Positions 27,638 to 41,000 are shown, numbered from the stretch's first letter. The stretch is DNA of 64,000 bases from Eledone cirrhosa (GCA_964016885.1 OZ024746.1:90830001-90894000); one strand, 5' to 3'. The notes: generated by a model not told the origin, from the letters alone. Translations and numbers: made by a program.

Positions 27638-27794
27638 GTATATATATGTATATATATGTATATATATATATGTATATATATGTATATATATATATATATG
27701 TATATATATGTATATATATATATGTATATATATGTATATATATATATATATGTATATATATATGTATATATATATATATATATGTATATATATG

Positions 27795-27825
<31 letters not shown>

Positions 27826-27826
27826 G

Positions 27827-27859
<33 letters not shown>

Positions 27860-27860
27860 G

Positions 27861-27893
<33 letters not shown>

Positions 27894-28002
27894 GTATATA
27901 TATATGTATATATATATGTATATATATATGTATATATATATGTATATATATATGTATATATATATGTATATATATATGTATATATATATGTATATATATA
28001 TG

Positions 28003-28035
<33 letters not shown>

Positions 28036-28036
28036 G

Positions 28037-28069
<33 letters not shown>

Positions 28070-28070
28070 G

Positions 28071-28103
<33 letters not shown>

Positions 28104-28571
28104 GTATATATATATGTATATGTATATATATATGTATATATATATGTATATATATATGTATATGTATATATATATGTATATATATATATATATGTATATA
28201 TATATGTGTATATATATGTATATATATATATATATGTATGTATATATATATATATATGTATATATATATGTGTATATATATGTATATATATATATATATG
28301 TATGTATATATATATATATATGTATATATATATGTGTATATATATGTATATATATATGTGTATATATATGTATATATATATATATATGTATATATGTATA
28401 TATATATATATATGTATGTATATATATATATATATGTATATATATATGTATATATATATGTATATATATATGTATATATATATATATATGTATATATATA
28501 TGTATATATATATGTATATATATATGTATATATATATATATATGTATATGTATATATATATGTATATATAT
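26706..28571. repeat. ~1.9-kb (TA)n/TG-interrupted microsatellite
   Basis: Direct inspection. Confidence 0.95.
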
Positions 28572-29030
28572 AAACCTTTGTTCGTACTGCCTCTCTGTTT
28601 TGTTCCCGTTCAATTTTTCACTATATATATATATATATATATATGTGTCACATATATATTTCGTATTTGTATTTGTCTTGCAATACTTCTTATCTGAAAA
28701 CGTATGTTGAAACAGATATTGTTATACTTTGGGAGGGTCATGTTACCAATATAAACACACCAACTGTTGGATTTCACTTCAATTTATTATAAACTCTCAT
28801 TTGGGAGGGGGAGAGGAGACAGCGAAGGAGAATGAAAGAGAGAGAGAGAGCTGTTGGTGTTGTAAATATATATATACATATATATATGTGTGTGTGAGTG
28901 AGTATATATATATATATGTATGTGTGTGTGTATATAGATCACAGTGTATATATATAGATCACAGATACCCACACACATATATATATACACACACACATAC
29001 ATATACACACATATATATATATATACACAC

Positions 29031-29075
<45 letters not shown>

Positions 29076-29219
29076 TACACACACGTCTATATATGGGCCT
29101 TCCAGTTTCATTTCATATTATATACATGTCTGTGTATATTTTAATTATTTAAAAAAATATTTTTAATTGAATATAAATTAAAAAGAATATTTTAAAGTGA
29201 ACGCGTCACGGGTGGTCTA

Positions 29220-29259
<40 letters not shown>

Positions 29260-29265
<6 letters not shown>

Positions 29266-30705
29266 ATACTTTGGTCGGGTTATGTTGCCAATAAGAAACA
29301 CACGCTCCAGTTGCTTTCACTTCAATTTATTATAAATTAAATTTATAAATTTAGGAATTTATAAATTTCCGGTTGGTTGGTTGGTTCCACAACCAGACGA
29401 TTGTTCATATATTGTCAAAGTTCTTTCGTCACACATTCTGTGACCTCTTCAGTGACTGGGGATTCTTTTCTTTGTTTTTGTGCCTCTCCTTTGTTCTGTC
29501 CTACGCCATCTTGTTTTTGTGTGTGCTGTGTGCTTAGTTTGCGCATGTGTTACATCCGGGTGTCTGTGTGTGTTTATATTTGTTTATTTATTTGTTTCTT
29601 TACATGTTACTGGTTGGTTGTTTGTTCTATGTGTGTGTGTGTTTTTTATGTGTGTGTGTTTTTCATTTTGTCCTTAATTGTAAGTTGTGATGTTGCTGTT
29701 CCATTCATGTTTTCTATTTAATTTTGGTTGGAGTTCATTTATGTTTATTGCCTCTGTGATTTGTCTAAACATTGCGTCTTTTCTGTGTGTAGATTCTATT
29801 TTTATTTCTATGTTCTCTAATTTACCCTTATGTTCTATTTTAGCATGTTGGTAGAGTACAGATGATTCTTTACTATCTTGAAGGTCTCGCCAGTGTTCAT
29901 TTATCCGTTCCCCTATACTACGAGCTGTCTCACCTATGTACACTATATTTTTATCTCTACATTGTCCTTCAGTACATCTTATGCTATATAATACGTTTCT
30001 AGTTTTACAGTTAATATGGGGCTTAATTTGAAGATTATACATTTCTTATCTATACAGGGAGGTCTTTGAAAAGGGTATGTATTGCTAATAAGTGTTTTTA
30101 TGGAGGTACCTGGTCTTTCTACTATCTTAATATTGAGTTTATGTTTATCTAGGGCCCTTCTAAATTTGTAAGCTAATTCACCTCTAGGGGTTGTATCAAT
30201 GAACATTACACTCTGGTATTTATTGCTATCATACCATGAGTTTATTCTATTAACCTTATTCCTAGTTCTTTCTATTCTATTCTAAAATTTGCTCCTATAC
30301 AAGGGGCAGGTCCCATTTGTATCATTATTTACCATTTTTTCCCATTTGGTTCTGGCTCCTCTATATACTCTGATTTTATCTCTCTGATTGTAACCAGAGA
30401 ACTGCATACGGTGGATAAAGTGTTGTATGTGTCTCTCTAGTTCTTTGGGGTTGCACATGCGGGACACATTTCTCATCACCCGTACCAAATCCGCAATCAG
30501 TATGTTGATTTTGGTATGGTCCGAAACAGCTGAGTTTCGGTGGATCAGATATTTGGAAGTCATGGGTTTGGTATAAATTGAAGTGAAAGCAACTGGTGCG
30601 TGTGTTTATTATTGGCAACATGACCCACCCAAAGTATAACAATATCGGTTTCAACACACGTTTTCAGATAAAGAATCTTGCTAAACAAATTCAGAAACGA
30701 AATAT
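29260..30705 (-). mobile_element. 5'-truncated Penelope-like element (RT C-terminus + GIY-YIG) with inverted 5' pLTR
   Basis: KPMTSKYLIHRNSA..; CKTRNVLYSIRC..VYIGETARSIGERINEH..EAININELQPKLN; terminal sequence 29260-29335 appears inverted at ~30572-30645; a further copy at ~28655-28790. Confidence 0.92.
29414..29456 (-). ncRNA. Minimal type-I hammerhead in the PLE 3' pLTR
   Basis: Minus strand: gtca-CTGAAGA-g-gtcaca/tgtgac-GAAA-gaac-TT-tgac; same strand as the PLE ORF. Confidence 0.75.
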
Positions 30706-30713
30706 ATATATCC

Positions 30714-30752
<39 letters not shown>

Positions 30753-31049
30753 AATGTTTATGTCCATAGGGTATTTTTTTGCCTATAAACCGTAAAGTAA
30801 AGTGAAAAAAAGAGAAAGAAACACCAACTGGTGTATCATTGTGTTTTTTATTTTTAATGTAATAAATTTATAAATCTCCATTTTAGAACAGTTTTCCATT
30901 TAAGGTCAGGTGGAACAAACCAAGCTCATGTTAAATGCTAGAGTGTGTTGGCCTACCTATATATGTGTATATGTATACAGGTATATAGGTATATATGTAT
31001 GTAGGTATGTATATATATGTATATATGTATGTATATATGTATATATATG

Positions 31050-31088
<39 letters not shown>

Positions 31089-31669
31089 CATATATATATA
31101 TATATATGTGTGTGTGTGTATACATGCATACATACATATATATGTGTGTGTGTGTATATATATATATATTTATATATACATGTATACATACGTATGTATA
31201 TATATATGCGTATACACACACACATACATACATACATACATACATACAAACATACATACATACATATACATACATACATATACATATATAAATACATACA
31301 TATACATACATATATATACATATCTACATACATACATACGGTAGGTAAATGTGAGTTTCAATATGTTTATACGTATGCAAATTCAAAATGAGTTTTCAGG
31401 GAACATGTGTGAACGTTTGGAAGAACAATAGGTCAACCTATCACATGACTGCGTCCCTTGGTGACCATAATTTGGTGAAACAACTTCAAGCTGTGATATT
31501 AACAAACAACTTACCCACAACTAGAAAAAAAGAGAAAAAAAACATTTTAAAATATTTTTTTCCTCATCGTTCCTATTACAACTTCAGTGTTTTATTCATA
31601 GTGACGTGATTTAAACTAGAATACTTGAATCGATATTAACCTGTACGAATATATACATGCATATATACG

Positions 31670-32278
31670 TACATATACACATGGTGGCTGCCAATTCGTT
31701 TTCGAGTACGGCCACTACTTTATATCCATGTAGGAGAACCCCTACCGATACGCTGAACGAGTGTGACTTTTTAGTCCAGCCAGCGACTTGAAAACTCTGG
31801 TACAAACACTACACTTGTGACAATTATTGACACATAGTGCTGGGCCCATGGTACCATGTGACGACAAGTGCAGAGAGATCTCCAGATATAAAGCAATGCC
31901 TGTGCCGTGAAGCTTTTATAGTGAGCAAAGGCACTGCACAAAGCCAGTCCCACTCTCTTAACCAAGATGATATTTACCAAAAAGAAGAACAAGTCAACAT
32001 CATTGGATACCATCAGGGTTGCAGGTGTTATATCAGAGTTTTCCTTCTCCTAGAATTCTGCCTTGACAAAGGCTAAGGGGTCATCTCTCTCAGTGATTTT
32101 GGATGGCCATTGACTCTTAAGAGCTCCTTTGCCCTTTGACAGGTTTTGTTTTTAGTCCTGCATGATGTCCAAAGTCACCCTCCTCACCAAGAAACCTTGG
32201 TGGGGTTGCCAGTTTAGTCGCCAACGACCCGACCATGAGACAGGTTGTACTGGGATACATGTTACCAGTAGCACCAAT
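31670..32278 (-). mobile_element. Internally deleted RTE LINE (5' UTR joined to 3' end)
   Basis: 32095-32278 resembles 57128-57305; 31670-31720 resembles the RTE 3' end at 39025-39065. Confidence 0.6.
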
Positions 32279-32354
32279 ATATACATACATATATACGTAC
32301 ATATTCACATACATATATATATACATACATATATATACACATACACACACACAG

Positions 32355-32385
<31 letters not shown>

Positions 32386-32647
32386 CGTTGAAATTTGGTT
32401 GTTTACCACTGGGTAGAATTGGTCATTCTCTAATCTTAATCATAACGTAATATGAGGAAAGCACTCGGCGTTATGCAACTCATCCATCTTCAATGTTGAA
32501 TTATGTTGGTGGTGCGGGAACGGAATAAATGTAGAGGTGGGTGATCAATGTGGCAGCATGCTACTACATCCTTCTCTGAGTCAAAAACATAGCACACATC
32601 TTTTCTTTGCTTCTTTCCTTAAAGCTTACCATCATTATACACAAATT

Positions 32648-32705
32648 ATACCTGATGAGGTGACCGGGTTCTTACGCAACCTGGCCACTGAAATGTGTAT
32701 AGTGT
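32648..32705 (+). ncRNA. Type-I hammerhead ribozyme fold
   Basis: atac-CTGATGA-ggtgaccgggtt/aacctggccact-GAAA-tgtgta-TA-gtgt. Confidence 0.7.
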
Positions 32706-33230
32706 TTACAGTAATAAAAAAATGAAGGAAATTCAAAATATTTGGCCTCTTGTTATTTCACTTTATAATATACTAGCTGAGCTACCCGGTGATTCTCGGG
32801 TATTTTATTAAAGTTACAATATTTGACCATTTAAATATGATGTCCAGTAGTGATTTTTTAAATACTGCTCCCTATTCCAGTCAGCATATATAATGCTTCG
32901 TACTTGGAAGAATCATTAGGTATGTTGTCAGTGAAAAGGGCATGACCAAAAAAATAAATTTAGATTTTAGTTATCCATTTTTTTTTTTTTTTGCACAACC
33001 TCTGAAATTAAAACAAAATGTGAAGGTTATTTTAAAAAGCATAAATAAAATAAAATAAAAATAAATTTACCATTGGTTTATGAATGAATGAAGAATTTAC
33101 TTACTCATTTCTGTAATTCAGGAAAGTTTATTTAAATGTGTATAAGTGTGGTAAATATATACATATACAACAGGAACAAAACTCCAAATGTCACTGCCTC
33201 CATTTCTCCTAATCTCCTCATCACTCACTA

Positions 33231-33510
33231 TTATGAGAAAATGGGGGCCCACGCGCTGGCCGCCCAGCAGCCCCGGCAGTCGGAATAGAGGATGGTGAGG
33301 GAGACGCGCTGGAAAATCCATTCCGGCTTGCGAGGCTCACCCCTGTGGGTAGCCAACTCTGTGCCGATGGTGGTGAGTTGGGAGGTAGCCCTAGAGCCAA
33401 GGACACCAGAAGTCTCCATTGCTATGGGCTCAATAACAAACCTATTGGAGAGCGACCGATATTTGGAGAGTTTACGCTCCTTGGCCCAAAGTGTGGCAGA
33501 GCCTAGGTTA
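33231..33510 (-). mobile_element. CRE-type (RLE) non-LTR retrotransposon C-terminal fragment
   Basis: AKERKLSKYRSLSNRFVIEPIAMETSGVLG..GEPRKPEWIFQRVSLTI resembles the K.KY..P.A.ET.G..G..FQR.S pattern. Confidence 0.75.
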
Positions 33511-33821
33511 ATTAAAATGTTTACACTGTAGCTTTCACCAACTTTTACCTCTATGGCAGTAGGATCTTGTTTGAGGGAGATTTGTTTTCTATTTGCAATA
33601 TATCAGGGTTAAACCCCCAGATATTACTGGTACTAATTTTCAGCTGAGTATACTGTAGCAACGTGACATGAAGTGTATTGCTCAAGAACACAACACACAA
33701 CCCAGTCCAGGAGTTGAACCCACAAAGTTATACACACACACATACACACATATACACATATACACACACACATACATACATACACACATACACACATACA
33801 TACATACATACATATATACAT

Positions 33822-34150
33822 ACATTTTCAAACATTTTGCATCTAATAACTGCATATACACATGTACAGATACAAAGCATATACACATGCACACATACAA
33901 CTCAAAACATCCACATCCACACATACAATAACATCCATATCTACACATACATCCATGCAGACAGACATACATATCTACCTAGTTGATGTTGTGTAAATTC
34001 CAATGAGAGAGTCTTGTGTCTATGTTAGAAACCGACTCTCTCTCTATTGGTAAAGATTTGTGAAATCATGAAACCAGAAGAACATAAGCTGGCTCAACTT
34101 ATAATAAAAAAGAAATAGGATTTCGCTTCAAGCATAGCTTTATACAATAT
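33822..34150 (+). mobile_element. 3' UTR fragment of the R4/Dong-like LINE family
   Basis: 33822-33990 is a diverged reverse complement of 55800-55965. Confidence 0.65.
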
Positions 34151-34339
34151 GTATAAATATTTCGTATCTCCAAAGAAATACAGTTTTAGGAAGCCGCAGC
34201 TATGCAAACACCGGGGGGCTAACGCCCTCTGGTGATGTCCAGCAGAAACAATGGGGATAACCGTCTATGCATTACCCCCCCCCCCGGTGTTTGCATAGCT
34301 ACGGCTTCCTAAAACTGTATTTCTTGGGAGATACGAAAT

Positions 34340-34380
<41 letters not shown>

Positions 34381-34476
34381 CACGCACACGCACACGCACA
34401 CGCACACGCACACGCACACGCACACGCACACAAAGAAGAAATTAAAAGATGGTTAAAAAGTTAAAAAAGTTCCATA

Positions 34477-34546
34477 TATTTTATTATGCTCATTTCGAAA
34501 ACAACATCATCCTGGGACAAAAATTGTGTTCTCATCAGATAAAATA
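34477..34546 (-). ncRNA. Type-I hammerhead fold within an inverted-repeat element (34432-34648)
   Basis: Minus strand: tattttat-CTGATGA-gaacacaa/ttgttttc-GAAA-tgagca-TA-ataaaata; 8-bp perfect stem I. Confidence 0.78.
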
Positions 34547-34808
34547 AGGTAACATAATATGAGGCCTAAAAACACTTGTGAACAAGAAAGTGTCCAGTCA
34601 ACATAAAATATATGGAACATCTTTAACCATCTTTTAATTTCTTCTTTATATAAACTCCAGTTCTACCAACTGTTGAGTGCTACTTATCTGATATATGCAT
34701 AGTTTTATTGTTCTACAATATTACTCACCTCCTACATTATATATAAATATATACATATATATATATATATATTACTCACCTCCTACATGATATATATATA
34801 TATACATT

Positions 34809-34851
<43 letters not shown>

Positions 34852-35017
34852 AATAAATACATTATCGGAGAAAGCTTTTAGCGATACTCCGGCCAAATTC
34901 CAACTCACTCAATGAACATTAGGAAATAAGTGAGTATATTCCTAATTAAACGTTCGGGGTGCTAACTAATTGTATTGTGTGGAAAATTGGGTGTATTATT
35001 TCATATGAGACATATAA

Positions 35018-35208
35018 GGGCGGTGGATTGGCAGTATCGGTAGAGGGTCGGACGCCATGCTTTCCAGCATAGTTACGTCCCTTTACGATCTGAGTTCAAA
35101 TCCCGCCGAGGTTGACTTTGACTTTCATCCTTACGGGGTCGATAAAATAAAGTACCAGTAATGCACTGGGTAATTGCTGGCCTTGTGCCTAAAGTAGAAA
35201 CAATTATT
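35018..35208 (+). mobile_element. Full-length tRNA-derived SINE (Meta/MESC-like core); ~20 copies in the window
   Basis: A-box-like tggcagtatcgg, B-box gttcaaatcc, core ctttcatccttacggggtcgataaaataaagtaccag; flanked by repeated attatttcatatgagacatat (TSD-like). Confidence 0.9.
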
Positions 35209-35445
35209 TCATATGAGACATATCGAATATATCTCTTATATATATATATTCATATATATATATTCATATATATATAAAATGACTGTAGTCAGTGAATGAA
35301 ATACATCTACTTACACATATACGGATCAATATATTTATTTTTACTCGAGATATGTCAAACCTTTGTTGTGTTTAGATGTCAAAAATAGTAAACTCTAACT
35401 CTCTTCTTCGACTTTTTGACTACCGACTAGGTAATTAGGTGTATG

Positions 35446-35502
<57 letters not shown>

Positions 35503-35504
<2 letters not shown>

Positions 35505-35710
35505 CGAAGGAAATGTGGTAAGGAACCAGGTGGACCATAACGCACCAAAGTACTCAATACTTAGGGTAGTAGAGTGGGTAATAGGAACGAGTAGGACCCC
35601 GACGGCTGAGCTCAAGCCGTTTCAACGGCTAATTCTGGACTGAATTAAGAGTCCAGAATTAGCCGTCGAAACGGCTTGAGCTCAGCCGTCGAGGTCCTAC
35701 TCGTTCCTAT
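35503..35710. mobile_element. Fold-back PLE-type element in (TA)n, copy A
   Basis: Arms 35581-35641/35650-35710; same family at 40121-40316, 58998-59198, 47942-48055. Confidence 0.8.
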
Positions 35711-35811
35711 ATATATATATATATATAAGTAAATATGATACAATCAATATTATAAGCATATTATAACGAACTGAAATAAAATAGTTAATATAAATTAACA
35801 ATATAACTTAC

Positions 35812-35975
35812 GAAAACGAGAAAAATATTTTGATGATAAAAACGACGAAATACAGGAGGAAGATTCGAAAGCGAAACGATAAATAAACGTGCAAACAAAA
35901 TGGCGGATGCTTTTGAGCAACAATTACTCTCGTTGGTTGATTAGCCAATAAGACGATGAAATTAGCCAATAACAC
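35812..35975 (-). promoter_or_regulatory. Candidate housekeeping promoter and non-coding first exon
   Basis: Two attagCCAATaa boxes 21 bp apart (35945, 35966), YY1-type AAAATGGCGG at 35897-35906, minus-strand GTAAGT donor at 35811. Confidence 0.5.
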
Positions 35976-36128
35976 GATACATTACAAAACATGTTTGGCA
36001 GCGATCACCACGGCCAGCGACACCCTATGAATTTTTTATTCACAAGCTACGCATATATGTCAGAACACGCAGACTTAAAACATTCTGTTGTTAGTCACTG
36101 CGTGTCTAACAGATATCGTCTTTTTTTA

Positions 36129-36540
36129 ATGGTGGAGGTGGTGATGGTGGTGGTAGTGGTGGTGATGGTGGTGGTGGTGATGGTGGTGGTGATGGTGTTG
36201 GTGGTGGTGATGTTGGTTGTAATGGTGGTGGTGATGATGGTAGTGGTGAGGTGGTGGTGGTGATTGTGGTGGTGGTGGTGGTGATGATGGTGGTGATGAT
36301 GGTGATGGTGGTGATGATGGTGATGGTGGTGATGATGGTGGTGGTGGTGTTGGTGTTGGTGGTGGTGATGTTGGTTGTAATGGTGGTGGTGATGATGGTG
36401 GTGGTGGTGGTGAGGTGGTGGTGGTGATTGTGGTGGTAGTGGTGATGATGGTGGTGATGATGGTGGTGGTGGTGATGATGGTGGTGGTGGTGTTGGTGGT
36501 GGTGGTGGTGATGGTGGTGGTGGTGGTGATGATGGTGGAA
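36129..36540. repeat. (GGT/GAT)n trinucleotide repeat
   Basis: Direct inspection. Confidence 0.95.
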
Positions 36541-36731
36541 GTTGATGCACACATACAACCCCGCCGACTAGTAAGCATATGTCCGAGATTCTCAAGTAGC
36601 AGTTCTTATATGTGTGGGAGATATTCCAAATGGCGTTGTTGCTTGAGAACTGGCTTGGGTGTCAAGTTACCAGATTGGTCGCTTGATTCCTAGTGAAGCA
36701 TGTATGAACTATTAGTCTATTTTTTTTATTT

Positions 36732-36767
<36 letters not shown>

Positions 36768-36793
36768 ACGCGCGCACGCACGCGCACGCACGC

Positions 36794-36838
<45 letters not shown>

Positions 36839-36930
36839 TACATACATACATACATACATACATACATACATACATACATACATACATACATACATACATA
36901 CATACATACATACATACATACATACATACA

Positions 36931-36964
<34 letters not shown>

Positions 36965-37714
36965 CATACTAGATTCTATTCACTAATTCATACTAGAGTT
37001 TATTCTAATTTTAGATATTTGTACTTTGATGCTGATGTTATAAGGTATATATATATTATAGATATTCTTTAGTAAGTTCATCAACCATGGATAACATCGT
37101 GCCAGTAGCCAGTAGTTATATTATCGACTGCTATCATCGCCATTTAATGGCTTATTCATGGAAATAGTAAAAGTTTGTTTAATTCTTGCCATCAGTTATG
37201 TTTTGAGCTATTTGTATTTGTTTCTGAATAATGGTAGTAGACCAATATTTGTTTTTATTAGCAATTTTGTTTTGGTTGTGGTACATGTCTTTAGCAATTT
37301 TTGGGGGGTCAGAATCTACGAAGCCTTTGATATTTGCTGTGCACTCTTTGTTCGTGCTTCCACGTAATGTCAACACTTCTTCCTCTGTTTATATTATCAT
37401 TTTTGTTTTGGTCGTGGTTTATGTCTTTACAAATTTTCTTCAGGACAAAAATCTACTGAGCTGTTGATACTATTTGTTCTGCAATTTTCATGGTTGATTT
37501 TCATAGGTAACGTAACATATTTCTCCTCAACAAAACTTAGTTTGCTGGAACAATTGCTTGTCACTAATATAGTATTATAGGTGGCTAATTGACAAAGTCG
37601 TTAGGACTTCGGATAGAATGTGTTGCGATATTCATTTCGGCTCTCTGCTCTCAGTTCAAGTCACGCCGTGGTCAACTTTGCCTTTCGTCCATTCAAGGTC
37701 GATAAAAAATTATT

Positions 37715-39065
37715 TCTGCGTAGTGCAGAGTGCTGGACAGACCATCGTCTGGTGCGCGCCAAGGCAAACTTCGTGATCAAACCTCAAACAAGAACAAATG
37801 GTTTCAAAATTCCAAAGAACTTGAATATAGATCGTGTGAAAGATAAGGGTATCGAGGAAGAGCTGTATCGTAGGCTTGAAAGCATTGATTGTGCGAACAA
37901 CTGGAATGACTTCAGGGGCGCGGTCCGTGAGGCTTCAGCTCAGGTCGTTGGCTTTGTCACAAGAAAACACAAGGACTGGTTTGCTGAGAATGACCGGCAG
38001 GTCAAGGCTCTGCTGGACTGAAAACAAAAGGCACTTGATGCTGTTCTTAAAGGTGGTAGCTCTGTTGGTGACAATTATGAGCGTTGCAGACAGGTAAAGA
38101 AGGAGGTGCAGGTGAAACTCAGGGCCATGCAAAATACCTGGTGGAGTAACAAAGAAGATGATTTTCAAGCGATATCTGATGGCAACAATGTGAAACAGCT
38201 GCACTCTCTACCCAGAGAAGTGTATAGTCCTTTTAGTTCGCCAGTGACATCGTTGAGATCAAAAGATGGCAAGCAGTTACTTATGCGATCCAAAAGACAT
38301 ACTCGACAGATGGAGAGATCACTTTGATGAGCTCTTAAACCAGCCATCCCAGGTTGATGATGATTTCATTTGCTCCATTCCTATTGAACCAGTAAAGCAT
38401 GAGATGGCTGATGTACCTTCTCTTGTACAAGTGACTTCTGCTGTGCATAAGCTGAACTGTGGATAGTCTCCTGGTATGGAGTGCAAAGGTTTTGAAGTGC
38501 AGTGGTGAAAACTTCACGCAGCACCTGTCTGATCTCATGAAAAAAGTGTGGGAAGATGAGAATGTCCCACAAGATTGGAACGATGCATTCATGGTGATTC
38601 TCCATAAAGGAAAGGGTGGGAAGGATAAATGTGGCAATTATCGTGGCATATCACTTCTTTCAGTAGTTGGTAAAGTCATGTGTCGAATGTAGATTGATCC
38701 CAAGAGTTGCTCTGAATGTGTTGCCTGAGTCACAGTATGGGTTCAGAAACGAAAGAGGAACAGTGGATACGATCTTTTCTGCTCGGCAGCTGCAAGAAAA
38801 ATGTATCGAACAATGTTTGGACCTTTACCAGGTCTTTGATGACTTGACAAAGGCCTTTGACACCGTCATGGGAGGTTTTAAAAGACACATGAGAACATAC
38901 AGCCAGAACAAAGCAATGGAAAGTCTCGGAGGAGCATGCAGTTGCCATATATGTGCCAGAGGGTGCAAGTCTTTGGCTGGTTTAAAGAGCCACATTCGTA
39001 CCTCATATTTTTTAGCATTTTACCGGGCGATGGCAATGCTCGAACACGAGTTTGCAGCCATCATG
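37715..39065 (+). mobile_element. RTE-BovB-like LINE, decayed, with an internal deletion joining the RT N-terminus to the 3' end
   Basis: ECWTDHRLV; VPQDWNDAFMVILHKGKG..CGNYRGISLLS; LPESQYGFR..RQLQEKC..DLTKAFDTV; then CHICARGCKSLAGLKSHIR tail. Confidence 0.92.
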
Positions 39066-39892
39066 TATGTATGTGTATGTACATGTATGTATGTATGTAT
39101 GTATGTATGTATGTATAGTTAAAATCCCGCCGAGGTTAACTTTGCCTTTCATCCTTACGGGGTCGATAAAATAAAGTACCAGTAATGTACTGGGTTATTT
39201 CTGGCCTTGTGTCAATAGTAGAAACAATTAAGTATATGCATGCATTTATTGGTATATATGTAGCCTAGCGGGTATCATTCGCTCCTACCCGCCTATTTTT
39301 CTGTGTATATATAACCCACATGCATAATTCACACGTCTTCTTTTCCCCTCTTCATCTTCTTTACCTTTCAATTATCTCTGTCCTGGTCTTTCACTTTCCA
39401 CTTTCCCCATTGTCTGTCTACAACAGAATTCAGATTGACAAGCGGAGGACGGAGCCATTACGTCCTAGCTATTCAAATTGGCCGGATGAATTATTTCTCA
39501 GCTTAATCTTATCGACCAGTCAGCCGAAGCAATCAGCAATGTCGACCACAATAAAAAAAAAAAAACAGCAGCAGAGGCAGCAGCTACAGTACAGCGACAT
39601 CAGTAGCAGCTATTGTTGCGTAACTATGGTGACAGACTCTTTGGTGCCGCTACTAAAATTATCAGGGCTAGAAAACAGCTTGTCTGTATCTCTCTGTTCC
39701 TCTCACTGTCAACGAAGTAAGACCAAAAGAAAGCGTTTGGTGAATCTATGGAAAAGCCTTTTCAAATCACCATCGATTTAAAAAGATGTCTTGATAGACT
39801 AGTAGGGAGCGGAGCTGTGACACTGCACAATGTGTTTAACGTTCAAGACGTTTTTAGATTTATAGACACCAAAACACATATATAATATTATA

Positions 39893-40039
39893 CTAGCAGA
39901 ATGACCCGGCGTTGCTCGGGATTTGATCTAGGGTTCTTATAGATTTGATATATATATTATCCTTATCAAGCCTCGTGAAATAAATACGTTTGTTTATATT
40001 TTGTTATTGTGTATGCAAAAATATCTGTACACGAATATA

Positions 40040-40078
<39 letters not shown>

Positions 40079-40080
40079 GC

Positions 40081-40122
<42 letters not shown>

Positions 40123-40994
40123 CGAAGGAAGTGTGGTAAGGAACCAGATGGACCATAACGCACCAGAATACTCAATACTTAGGGTAGTAGAGTGAGTAAT
40201 AGGAAACTGTTTAACCCCGATGGCAGAGCTCAAGCCGTTTCGACGGCTATTTCTGGACGGGCAGAAATAGCCGTCGAAACGGTTTGAGCTCTGCCGTCGG
40301 GGTTAAACATTTTCGTATATATATATATATATATATATACAAGCACACACACATACCTACATGTAAGTGTGCGCTTGTTATATACGTATTTATTTATTTA
40401 TATACGTTTATTTAATTATTTGTATACACGCACACACACACACACATATTTATATGTGCGCGTTTTTGTATACCTATGGCGAGTTTTTCGCGTATGCTTG
40501 TGTATGTACGTATATGGATGCGTGTATGTATTTATTTAATTTCCATTACCTCTGTATTTTATTTACTTTATTCTTAACTCTGAAGCTGAGTATCATTCGG
40601 TTTCCTAGTTAGAATTTTAGTCTACGACTTCAGCTATACAATTTACATATATGACGTATTATCTTCGTTTTTTTCGTTCATTGCCAGAGAACGTCTCTAT
40701 GAACCACCTAAGAGAATATTAGTCTACGACTTCTTTTATACCATAAACGTGGTTCTGTCTTTGCGTGTAATTGTTTTTCACCGCTCCTATTAATGACGTA
40801 TTATATTCGTTTTTTCCCGTTCTTTGCCAGGAAACGTTTCTACAAACCAAAGTATCGTCTTCCTGTCTTCCTCCGGTTGCAACGTTTTTTGAAATATTCA
40901 CTTCTGCATTCACAGATTGACTTTGTTAGTTTCAGAAGATCCCGTTAAAGGTGAACGCAGCGATTCTTTGCTTAAACTTTAATCTGTTATTTTA

Positions 40995-41000
<6 letters not shown>
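39893..41000 (-). mobile_element. Non-autonomous Helitron-like element (family H3); second copy ~51340-52040
   Basis: CTAG end with cccg/cggg hairpin at 39893; 40365-41000 closely matches 51345-52040. Confidence 0.7.
40121..40316. mobile_element. Fold-back PLE-type element in (TA)n, copy B
   Basis: Same family as 35503-35710. Confidence 0.8.

Noticed and set aside
26475-28710. 600-700 aa ORFs
   Set aside because: Translations of (TA)n/TG microsatellite, which lacks stop codons
28694-28730. Hammerhead (CTGAAAA..GAAA)
   Set aside because: Non-canonical core, no stem I, and antisense to the PLE terminus
35018-35110. tRNA gene
   Set aside because: A/B-box-like motifs are the head of a multi-copy SINE; no full cloverleaf
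35900-35944. Plus-strand CDS start MADAFEQQ
   Set aside because: Stops after 14 codons with no donor; better read as a YY1 motif
36095-36693. Poly-His/Pro/Thr ORFs
   Set aside because: Trinucleotide repeat open in most frames; no supporting splice context
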